Virus record (IMG/VR): IMGVR_UViG_3300032268_000973
Location: 64,001-128,000 of that record
Strand: one strand, 5' to 3'
From: a virus
DNA length: 64,000 nucleotides
Positions within the stretch are counted from its first letter, which is position 1. Every line of letters starts with the position of its first letter. A model generated the notes under the pieces. The model saw only the letters and a list, made by a program, of their open reading frames with translations, had not been told where the DNA came from and did not search any database. Shown here piece after piece: positions 38,890-47,202 of the stretch. The position numbers were made by a program, and so were the translations under genes.

Positions 38890-41625
38890 ATGAAAGGAAC
38901 ATTATTTTCAGCCGATTTTGTAAAAGATTCTAATGGTAATTTAAGATTATTAGAGTTGAACACCGACACTGGATTCATAGACCAAGAGTTGGTGAATTTC
39001 AACTTCGATGAATTCTTAACAGTTTTATCATCAAATAATCTCACTACTTTAGATATTATTTACAAACCATACTTACATATTGATTTTGTGAATAAACTCA
39101 TTGAGGAGGTTAATACCAATCTCCCATCAGTAACAACGGTCAATCTACACGATGAGAATATCAACTCTATCTATCCAACATCCGTAATGGATAATGGAGA
39201 TAACTTTATACTAAGAATTGCCTACGATGAGTCTGCAATTTTTGATAGTACTTATTGTAAAAATAGACTAAATGTCTATAATCTTTTCACCGAAAATTCA
39301 ATTACTGATAATTGTGTTGCCTATTATCATTCCTCCGCTTTAGGAACATTCAACACTCTGGACAAAGAAATAAATGATAGTAATATTCCAGATGTTACAA
39401 TGAAAGACATTAACGAGTCTTTTAATCCGATTGATTTTTTCAAACTTGGTGGAAGTGGAACCCCCGAAGAGAAATGGGATAATTTTATTGCAGCAAATAG
39501 CAGTGATGATAAGTTGATAGAACAATATCATTTTCATTCGAGCGTTCCCGATTCTGATGGACACATGACTTCTATCAGGTATTTTGGTTTAGTATACGGA
39601 CCGAATTTGGATGTTATTACTCTACACACTTATAAAATTAGTGCTATATTCGAGTTGCCATCTACTATAGATTTTGATCCTGACACAAATAAGATTCAAG
39701 ATCAACATTACTATGAGTATACAACAAACTTTGTAAAAAGTGATTCTGGTGGAATTTTATCCAAACATGAAGTTCTAATGGACGATGATTCTTGGATAGA
39801 AATATCTCAGATACAAGTGGGTGAAACTATCAAGTCTTATTATGTTAGTGGATCTCCACAAAGCGAATCAGATTTAAACTCTCTGACATGGAATTATGAC
39901 GGAGGTCAATTTCCTATTGGATCATACATAACAACTTCTGATGTAATTTTCAAGGATGTTCAAACTATGAAGTATGGAGCTATGATGGAGATGGTTGTGG
40001 ATAGTGATTCGTTATTTTCGGGAATAAATAAAAAATATTTAGTTTTTGATAGTTTAACAAACAAAAGTAGTTTCAAGTTTATTTCAGAAATAAATGCAGT
40101 TACCGATTCACTTTACGACTTGGATGGAAACTTGATACAAGTTGATGAACTAAATTTTTATGTATCAACAGATAAAAATTTGACTTTTGTTGAAATAGAT
40201 GTTGAAGATACTGACACATATATAATAAATGGATCCACGGCTTTCCACAGTCTTGTATCTCACAACTCTCCTTGTTTTGTTGCAGGAACAAAGGTTATGA
40301 TGGAAGATGGGTCAACAAAAAATATTGAAGATGTTGTCGTTGGAGATATCGTCATGTCTTTTGATTTCAAAAATGACGAGGTAAGGGCTAGCAAGGTCAA
40401 TAATATTTTTTCAAAGAAGGTTAGTAAAATAGTAACCTACGAGTTTGATAATGGAGGTATTTTGAAGGCAACTTTAGATCACCCATTATTTGTGAATGGA
40501 AAAGGATGGTCCTCCTATGATAATGAGCTTTCAAATAGTTTATATAATATTGGAGAGGAGGTTCATAAAATAGAGGAAGGAGATTCGGTAAAATTATTGA
40601 ACAAAGATGTTAATTTGATTAAAATGACAATTTCTGATGAGGAAATAAAAGTCTTTAATTTATCAGACGTTGAGGTAAATCATAATTATTTCGCAAATGA
40701 TGTCTTAGTCCACAATAGAGCTTGTTTTGTTGAGGGGACTCTTATCGAGATGGGAGACGGATCTCAAAAACCAATCGAACAAATTGAAGTCGGTGACATC
40801 GTTGTATCATGGAATGTATTGGATAACACAAAGGAAAATCAAAAAGTTACTAATTTAATAAAACCAATTCATGATGATTTGGTTAAGTATACTTTTGATA
40901 ATGGTACGGAAATCGTTTGTACATTTGATCACCCATTCTTTGTTAATGGATTTAATTTATCTTCATACTCTCCATTACTCACGAATGAAAGATACAGCTT
41001 CAATGAAAAAGTGAGTGAAATAGAATTAGGGGATAGCGTTAATTTGATAAATGGAGAAAATAGTAGAATTGTTTCGATTGAAGAATTAGAAACCAAACCA
41101 ACCCAAACTTATATTTTTGAAGTCGAAAATAATCATAATTTCTACGCTAATGGTATTTTAACACATAATAAGGCATGTTTTGTAAATGGAACTAAAGTTT
41201 TGATGGGAGATGGTACCGAAAAAGGAATCGAAGAAATCGTGATTGGAGACACAGTAATTTCTTATAATGAAGATCTACATGTGTTGGAGGAAAAAAAGGT
41301 TGTTGACGTTAATTCACCAATTCATGATGATTTGGTCGAGTATGTTTTTTCTGATGGGAAAACTATAATTTCAACTTACGACCACCCATATTATATTGAA
41401 GGGTTAAAATTAGCATCATACAAACCTAGTTGGACAAACGAACGATACCAATTACCTGATGTTACCGAAATAAAAGTTGGGGATAAATTATATACCTCTA
41501 ATGGTAAAACTGTAGAAATATTATCAATAAGAGAACTTGAAAGAATAAACACTCAGACTCATATCATATCTGTCGATGGAAATCGGAATTTTTATGCAAA
41601 TGGGATTTTAGTACATAACAAATAA
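38890..41625 (+). CDS. Permuted ATP-grasp-like domain fused to four tandem Hint (intein-like) domains
   Basis: aa 1-287 ATP-grasp-like (SADF...LLELNTDTG, MKD, IEQY, SIRYF). Hint1 aa 288-459, Hint2 462-609, Hint3 612-760, Hint4 763-910. Hints 2-4 start CFV.GT, contain T..HP and end HN. Confidence 0.85.
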   Translation: MKGTLFSADFVKDSNGNLRLLELNTDTGFIDQELVNFNFDEFLTVLSSNNLTTLDIIYKPYLHIDFVNKLIEEVNTNLPSVTTVNLHDENINSIYPTSVMDNGDNFILRIAYDESAIFDSTYCKNRLNVYNLFTENSITDNCVAYYHSSALGTFNTLDKEINDSNIPDVTMKDINESFNPIDFFKLGGSGTPEEKWDNFIAANSSDDKLIEQYHFHSSVPDSDGHMTSIRYFGLVYGPNLDVITLHTYKISAIFELPSTIDFDPDTNKIQDQHYYEYTTNFVKSDSGGILSKHEVLMDDDSWIEISQIQVGETIKSYYVSGSPQSESDLNSLTWNYDGGQFPIGSYITTSDVIFKDVQTMKYGAMMEMVVDSDSLFSGINKKYLVFDSLTNKSSFKFISEINAVTDSLYDLDGNLIQVDELNFYVSTDKNLTFVEIDVEDTDTYIINGSTAFHSLVSHNSPCFVAGTKVMMEDGSTKNIEDVVVGDIVMSFDFKNDEVRASKVNNIFSKKVSKIVTYEFDNGGILKATLDHPLFVNGKGWSSYDNELSNSLYNIGEEVHKIEEGDSVKLLNKDVNLIKMTISDEEIKVFNLSDVEVNHNYFANDVLVHNRACFVEGTLIEMGDGSQKPIEQIEVGDIVVSWNVLDNTKENQKVTNLIKPIHDDLVKYTFDNGTEIVCTFDHPFFVNGFNLSSYSPLLTNERYSFNEKVSEIELGDSVNLINGENSRIVSIEELETKPTQTYIFEVENNHNFYANGILTHNKACFVNGTKVLMGDGTEKGIEEIVIGDTVISYNEDLHVLEEKKVVDVNSPIHDDLVEYVFSDGKTIISTYDHPYYIEGLKLASYKPSWTNERYQLPDVTEIKVGDKLYTSNGKTVEILSIRELERINTQTHIISVDGNRNFYANGILVHNK
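39751..40266 (+). other. Hint domain 1 (degenerate: Gly at position 1, no TxxH; keeps terminal His-Asn and a +1 Ser)
   Basis: GILSKHEVLMDDDS aligns with CFVAGTKVMMEDGS; ends DVEDTDTYIING...SHN. Confidence 0.65.
40273..40716 (+). other. Hint domain 2
   Basis: CFVAGT...ATLDHP...NYFANDVLVHN; the +1 residue is Arg. Confidence 0.9.
40723..41169 (+). other. Hint domain 3
   Basis: CFVEGT...CTFDHP...NFYANGILTHN; the +1 residue is Lys. Confidence 0.9.
41176..41619 (+). other. Hint domain 4
   Basis: CFVNGT...STYDHP...NFYANGILVHN; the +1 residue is Lys, followed by the stop. Confidence 0.9.
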
Positions 41626-41633
41626 TATAAAAA

Positions 41634-41786
41634 ATGGACGTTTCAAAACACCCTCAACTTTACAAAAAAAAACCGCTCAGCGAAGTAAAAAATAGAACAA
41701 CATCTCAGTTATCTACAACCGAAAAACAACGAATCGATAGTGTGATTGGTAAATTTTTTGAGTTGTTCGTGAACAAACATCTGTAA
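41634..41786 (+). CDS. 50-aa peptide (not in ORF track)
   Basis: MDVSKHPQLYKKKPLSEVKNRTTSQLSTTEKQRIDSVIGKFFELFVNKHL. It fills the gap, and its TAA overlaps the SET gene ATG (TAATG). Confidence 0.6.
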   Translation: MDVSKHPQLYKKKPLSEVKNRTTSQLSTTEKQRIDSVIGKFFELFVNKHL

Positions 41787-42223
41787 TGGATCCATACGAT
41801 TACATAAAAGATTGTGTTTTTGTAAAACTTAAGCCAAGTAAAATTTCAGGAATAGGAGTCTTTGCAATCAAAGATATTCCTAAGGATACAATCTTGTTTC
41901 AAACTTGGGAGGGTGAGACTGGATTTTACCCAATTAGTCAAAACCAATTGAACGAATTGGATGATGAAGTACGTCGACATATTCAAGATTTATTCATATA
42001 TTCTTCAGATTTCCCAAAAGATACTAACATTTATGTAAAATTAACAAATGGTTGTCATTGGGTTTATACTAATCCGTACCTATTCATTAACAGTGGATAT
42101 TATGAAAATAAATCAAACGTTGATAAAGATGGTATGAACTCTTTGAGATTTATAAAAAAAGGGGAAGAGTTACTTAGTAACTACCCAAGATATGAAAAAA
42201 TGATTAAGAAAATTTTAATATAA
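41786..42223 (+). CDS. SET-domain protein
   Basis: LKPSKISGIGVFAIKDIPKDT and IKKGEELLSNY. The canonical NHS reads FINSG. Confidence 0.75.
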   Translation: MDPYDYIKDCVFVKLKPSKISGIGVFAIKDIPKDTILFQTWEGETGFYPISQNQLNELDDEVRRHIQDLFIYSSDFPKDTNIYVKLTNGCHWVYTNPYLFINSGYYENKSNVDKDGMNSLRFIKKGEELLSNYPRYEKMIKKILI

Positions 42224-42811
42224 ATGGAAATAATTAAACTTTCAAACCAAGAAATTGTTTACAAAAGTCGATACAGTGGAGTTTATAATAAAAATGATTT
42301 TTTATTAAGGTTTGAACAGAATAAAAAAATTTCAACTATTCCTGAAGACAATTCTATATGGATAGAATTTGAATGTGATGAATTCAACTCAATTGATTCT
42401 TTTATCATGAATTTGATTGAAAAAGAAATTGCGAAAGAAAGTTTCAACTATTACGCTAAACATAGTTGGGTTTATACTCAAAAAAAAGGGTTTGATATGA
42501 CTTACATGCATCAACATTTGATACTACATTCAAGCACCAACCGATCACTCATCAAGTCTGATTATACATTTACGTTTTATGTTCAACAACCTAAAAATTT
42601 GATTGGTGATGAAGGGAAAATAATATTTCAAACAAAAGATGGTGTATTACATAAATTTTTACCAGAAGAAATGGATATTTTTATATTTCCTGCTAATATG
42701 CTTCATACCGCAGTACCAACGCCACTTCATGATGAATTTAGGGTGGTTTATGCTGGAAACTTTGCGTATAATTTTTTTGATAAAAAAACTAACAATTTGA
42801 ATCTAATTTGA
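42224..42811 (+). CDS. Putative Fe(II)/2OG oxygenase
   Basis: MHQH, FTFYVQQP, GKIIF, IFIFPANMLHTAVP and RVVYAGN. Confidence 0.7.
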   Translation: MEIIKLSNQEIVYKSRYSGVYNKNDFLLRFEQNKKISTIPEDNSIWIEFECDEFNSIDSFIMNLIEKEIAKESFNYYAKHSWVYTQKKGFDMTYMHQHLILHSSTNRSLIKSDYTFTFYVQQPKNLIGDEGKIIFQTKDGVLHKFLPEEMDIFIFPANMLHTAVPTPLHDEFRVVYAGNFAYNFFDKKTNNLNLI

Positions 42812-42891
42812 ATTAAAAATGATTATACTTCATCGGGGTAGATGATATTTTTAATATTTCATTTTGGAAAAATAAATTCAATTAAAGTTAT

Positions 42892-43341
42892 ATGATAAAA
42901 TACATAAATTCATTTTTGGATGATTGGGAAGTAAATTACTTTATCGACTTATTAACTAACTCTGAAATATCGTATCATGAAGATGATGTTTATAAGTTTT
43001 ATTTTTTGAATTTAATCAATTTAGAACTAAAGACAAAAAAATTCGAAAGCTTTGTCTTCAACAAATTTCGGATACAGATGACAAATGAAACTATTGATCA
43101 AATTGAGGCTTCTCATGGGCATTCAAATCCGTGGTCATTTGTAATTTTTTTAAATGAAAACTTCTTGGGAGGAGAAATTGTTTTTGGCAATAGACTATTT
43201 CTTCCAAAGAAAGGTGATATGATTTATTTTTCGGGAAATGAGAAACACTCCGTAAAAAATTGTGTTGGAAATAGATATACCTTAGTTGGGTTTATGTCAA
43301 ATAATCCTCTGAATATAGAAGATAGTAAATCAATTATTTAA
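42892..43341 (+). CDS. Putative Fe(II)/2OG oxygenase
   Basis: SHGH, SFVIFLNENFLGGEIVF, PKKGDMIYF, HSVK and RYTLV. Confidence 0.7.
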   Translation: MIKYINSFLDDWEVNYFIDLLTNSEISYHEDDVYKFYFLNLINLELKTKKFESFVFNKFRIQMTNETIDQIEASHGHSNPWSFVIFLNENFLGGEIVFGNRLFLPKKGDMIYFSGNEKHSVKNCVGNRYTLVGFMSNNPLNIEDSKSII

Positions 43342-44391
43342 ATGATCGATAAATCAAAATATTTGTGCACTACACCATTTTATTTCACTGAAGTGCAAGA
43401 CACAAAACAATTTCTGTGTTGTCCATCTTGGTTAAAAGAAAACATTGATGATGGAAATGGAATTGTATCTAGTTTCAACTCAGAAAGGGCAAAAGAAATA
43501 AGGGAAAGTATAATTGATGGAAGTTATAGATATTGCGAGGAGAATGAGTGTCCGTATCTATCAAGGTTGAAAAGTAATCGATTGCCTACAAGGTTTATAC
43601 CAAACACCCAAAAAAATGTTGAAATATTGAGACAGAACAAACATCCAAAAACTGTAAATTTTACATTTGATAGGAGTTGTAATTTTGTTTGTCCATCTTG
43701 TCGTCTCGAACTTATCAATTACAAAGGGAATCAAAGAGTTTCGGTTGAAAAAAAATTAGAAGAAATAAATGACGAGATTTCTGAATTTGTTGAACGTTTA
43801 GTAGTCACAGGAAGTGCAGATCCATTTTTCTCAAACTCATTTAGAAAGTTTTTGATCAATCTTGATACTAAAAAATTCAAAAACTTGAAAGGTATACATT
43901 TACATACCAATGCGTCTCTATGGACACCAGAAATGTGGGAAAAGATGAAAAATATTCATGTATACGTAGAAAGTTGTGAAATATCTATAGATGCATCAAC
44001 TAAAGAGACATATGAACAAAAAACAAGAATCGGAGGTAACTGGGATATTTTACATGAAAATTTGAAATTTATAACAAAAATACCAGATATAAAGTTTTAT
44101 ATCTTCTCTTTTGTTGTACAAGATACAAATTATAAAGAAATGTATGATTTCTATAAAATGATAGAGAGTTATATGAAAGAAAGGAATGATGATGCAAAAT
44201 GGGAAGTAAGAACTAATGTGATTGTAAATTGGGGAACATATTCTGAAGAACAATTTAAAGTTAAAGATGTTTCCAATCCCGCTCATCCCGATTATAATTT
44301 ATTTATAGGTGAATTATATAAGATTAAAGATTTTCCAAATATCGTACATAACTTCCATCATTTATATGAGACCAAATCTCCCTTGATATGA
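43342..44391 (+). CDS. Radical SAM protein with N-terminal Cys-rich (twitch-like) region
   Basis: CTTPF...LCCPSW...CEENECP, CNFVCPSC, VTGSADPF and SIDA. Confidence 0.85.
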   Translation: MIDKSKYLCTTPFYFTEVQDTKQFLCCPSWLKENIDDGNGIVSSFNSERAKEIRESIIDGSYRYCEENECPYLSRLKSNRLPTRFIPNTQKNVEILRQNKHPKTVNFTFDRSCNFVCPSCRLELINYKGNQRVSVEKKLEEINDEISEFVERLVVTGSADPFFSNSFRKFLINLDTKKFKNLKGIHLHTNASLWTPEMWEKMKNIHVYVESCEISIDASTKETYEQKTRIGGNWDILHENLKFITKIPDIKFYIFSFVVQDTNYKEMYDFYKMIESYMKERNDDAKWEVRTNVIVNWGTYSEEQFKVKDVSNPAHPDYNLFIGELYKIKDFPNIVHNFHHLYETKSPLI

Positions 44392-45218
44392 AAAAGAAAA
44401 TTTTGATAACTATGGGGTGTTCCTTGACCGAAGGTCTTGGTTGTTACGATTTGAATAAAATTAGACCCGAAGAAATTGTGGAATCAAATAAGAGGAAATA
44501 TCCTCTTTTGAATGATGAGGAATACTTGTATCAGAGAAATCTATTTCATAATAATGGATGGCCAATTATTTTGGCGAAAAAATTAGGGTTTGATAAACTA
44601 ATAAATTTAGGTCTTGCGGCATCTTCACAATCAGGGAATGTCAAACAATTTGTAGAAAAATATTTAGATAAAAACTTTTTTGATTGTGAAGTTTTCATAA
44701 TTTGGATGATTTCTATACCAGAAAGATTTTCATTCTATAATAACCACAAAGTACAGACCTACTTACCAACTACGGAAAAAGGAAATAGGGTTGATTTAGA
44801 AAAATCGTGGTTAAAAGAAATCAAAGATATCCCTTACGATTCAAGCTATGAAACTATTTTTTATATAAGGATAATGGAACAAATTTGCCAAAACAAAAAC
44901 TATTCACTTCTAATCACGTCATGGGTACACAACCTAATGGTTAAACTAAATAAAATTTATCAATCGGAGAACTACATAAACCCAATAAATTTTCAACCTT
45001 GGGAAATCACTAACATAAAAAAATTCACGTTGGATCATTATTCTAAAATGGGATGTGGGCATCCCAATGAGGAAGGGTACAAGTTAATTGCTGAAAATTT
45101 GTATGATGTAATCGTTAAGAATCATAGAGAATTTTTACAAGGACCATATCAAGAAAATATTGAGATGGTTTACGATGGAGATGTTTTAGATTGGAAAAAA
45201 AAACAAACAATAATTTGA
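44388..45218 (+). CDS. SGNH/GDSL-like protein
   Basis: TMGCSLTEG, NLGLAASS, GHPNEEGY. Confidence 0.7.
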   Translation: MKKKILITMGCSLTEGLGCYDLNKIRPEEIVESNKRKYPLLNDEEYLYQRNLFHNNGWPIILAKKLGFDKLINLGLAASSQSGNVKQFVEKYLDKNFFDCEVFIIWMISIPERFSFYNNHKVQTYLPTTEKGNRVDLEKSWLKEIKDIPYDSSYETIFYIRIMEQICQNKNYSLLITSWVHNLMVKLNKIYQSENYINPINFQPWEITNIKKFTLDHYSKMGCGHPNEEGYKLIAENLYDVIVKNHREFLQGPYQENIEMVYDGDVLDWKKKQTII

Positions 45219-45224
45219 TAAACT

Positions 45225-46049
45225 ATGAAAAAAAAATTATTGATAACTTTAGGTTGTTCTTTTACTGAAGGAGTGGGATGTTATGATCCTGATACAATAC
45301 CTATTGACATGGTTGATAGAATGAAACATGAAAAAATAGAAGAGGTCTATATTTCGAATAAATCGAGATTTCATAACTATTCTTGGCCATCTCAGTTACA
45401 AAAAAAACTTAAATACGATAAATTGATAAATCTAGGATTAGGGGGGTCATCAACATCGGGTAATCTGAAAGTATGGTTCGAAAAATATTATGACAAAAAT
45501 TTTTCGGATGACTATGATGTTTTGATAATTTGGATGTTACCTGAGCCAACTAGATTTTCCTTTTATCGAGAGCGTAAAATAATGAACATCAACCCATCAA
45601 TGGCTAAGAATGTTTATAACATCTACAGTTATGACCTTGGGATTGAATATATCAATTTTTTGGAAAATTTAGATTTAGATCCAATCTTAGAACAAATTTT
45701 CTATTTAAAAATTTTTGAAGATCACCTAAAAAACCAAAAATATAATTTCCTTTATGTTCCTTTGAATCATACTCAAAATTGGTATTTTGATAAGCTTTAT
45801 AAAGCTGATAGTATGATAAATTTGAAAGAGAGTGTTCTCCCTAATTTTGTTATAAATCCTGATATGAAATCTTTAATTTGTAATCATCCAAACGAAAAAG
45901 GATATGAACAAGTTTCGGAAAAAATATTTGAATGGATTAAAAAATACAAACAAAATTTGATATCTGAAAATAATCCAACAGTATATGAATCAGTTTGGGA
46001 TGGATATCCAATTTTAGATCATTTAGAGGGGTATAGAACACTGATATAA
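45225..46049 (+). CDS. SGNH/GDSL-like protein (close paralogue of 44388)
   Basis: TLGCSFTEG, NLGLGGSS, NHPNEKGY. Confidence 0.7.
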   Translation: MKKKLLITLGCSFTEGVGCYDPDTIPIDMVDRMKHEKIEEVYISNKSRFHNYSWPSQLQKKLKYDKLINLGLGGSSTSGNLKVWFEKYYDKNFSDDYDVLIIWMLPEPTRFSFYRERKIMNINPSMAKNVYNIYSYDLGIEYINFLENLDLDPILEQIFYLKIFEDHLKNQKYNFLYVPLNHTQNWYFDKLYKADSMINLKESVLPNFVINPDMKSLICNHPNEKGYEQVSEKIFEWIKKYKQNLISENNPTVYESVWDGYPILDHLEGYRTLI

Positions 46050-46544
46050 TCAGATTTTTTTTTCTTCAAACCCTAATTTACTCCAAAAATTTATTGCTCG
46101 AGTATTGAAAAATTCAGTATAAAGTGAAATTTTAACAAAACCTGAATTAAATCTATCCAACATAGTATGTTCTATGAACCATTTGGATTCTCCAGTTTCA
46201 CGTTCTTTGGACACAAATGCATTATACAGATACCCTTCTGAATACCAAACGTGTCCTATAACCGAATTGAATTTAAGCAATACAAAAAGGGTATTATTAT
46301 TAAGAAATCTTTTCTGAGCGATATCTAAATCCCACATTTTATCCCAGTAAATTTCGGAATTGAACTTATCTATAGAATTTTTTATTTGTTCGGAGAAGGA
46401 TTCAAAATTTTGTTTTTCTATTTTTAAAATTTTTAAGTTTGAAGATTCTATTTTCGTAAAATCGAACTCAAATTCTTTTTCAAATTCATACCAAATTATT
46501 CCATCCATAGGTATATTATGTGACTGATCAATTCCTATTATCAA
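46050..46544 (-). CDS. GNAT-like acetyltransferase
   Basis: VIGHVW, YNAFVSKER and N..AINFWSKLGF. Start uncertain (TTG 46544 or ATG 46508). Confidence 0.6.
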   Translation of the reverse strand: MIIGIDQSHNIPMDGIIWYEFEKEFEFDFTKIESSNLKILKIEKQNFESFSEQIKNSIDKFNSEIYWDKMWDLDIAQKRFLNNNTLFVLLKFNSVIGHVWYSEGYLYNAFVSKERETGESKWFIEHTMLDRFNSGFVKISLYTEFFNTRAINFWSKLGFEEKKI

Positions 46545-47202
46545 TATAAATCATAATTTCATTATAGTATGGAATAAAATTATCATTCCAAATTTGACTA
46601 GTAATATCAATTCCATCGAATGAGATAATTTTAAAATTAGGGAAAACTCGTAAATATAAATCCCTGAAAACAGTGAATTTGGATTTCATCCAAGGTTCAC
46701 CTAAATGCCATTCTCCAACTATTTTTCTCACATTATTTTTTATCCAAAACAAATTTTCAACAGTGAATATGTCGTATTCACCTGTTTCACAATCAGTTTT
46801 TAAAAAATCAATTTTTTGTATATTATAATCTTCAATAACTTTTTGGAAAGTTGTTGAATACAAAACATCATTGTTTGAATTTTCGAATACAAATTTAAAA
46901 TCAAATTTACCTATTTTATCAGATATCCCTTTGTTTATGTGTGTAACGTTTCCATGTCTTGTATTCATTGCAAGTGTTTTGAATTCTTCAAAACTTGGTT
47001 CGAAACAAAACACGTGTTTTGGGTTACGATCTAAAATCGAAAATGTAAATGGACCCAAACTAGCCCCGATATCAAAAACGATATCACCTTCCTCGACTTC
47101 GAAAAATCTTTCGTAGATTTTATCTTGAAAAATTTCTTTAGTCACAGTTTCTTGGAATCCATTATAACACTTAGGTTCCCATATAAAATTTTCTAAATTC
47201 AT
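46528..47202 (-). CDS. FkbM-family methyltransferase
   Basis: Start reassigned to ATG 47202 (ATGA overlap). FDIGASLG, CFEP, IDFLKTDCETGE. Confidence 0.8.
   Translation of the reverse strand: MNLENFIWEPKCYNGFQETVTKEIFQDKIYERFFEVEEGDIVFDIGASLGPFTFSILDRNPKHVFCFEPSFEEFKTLAMNTRHGNVTHINKGISDKIGKFDFKFVFENSNNDVLYSTTFQKVIEDYNIQKIDFLKTDCETGEYDIFTVENLFWIKNNVRKIVGEWHLGEPWMKSKFTVFRDLYLRVFPNFKIISFDGIDITSQIWNDNFIPYYNEIMIYIDNRN

Noticed and set aside
39751-41619. Selfish inteins or homing elements
   Set aside because: No LAGLIDADG or HNH domain, the +1 residues of Hints 2-4 are not nucleophiles, and there is no host protein to be re-ligated.
46041-46062. CTGAT-ata-ATCAG hairpin plus T-run at the abutting convergent stops (46049/46050)
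   Set aside because: A 5-bp AT-rich stem is too weak to call a terminator.
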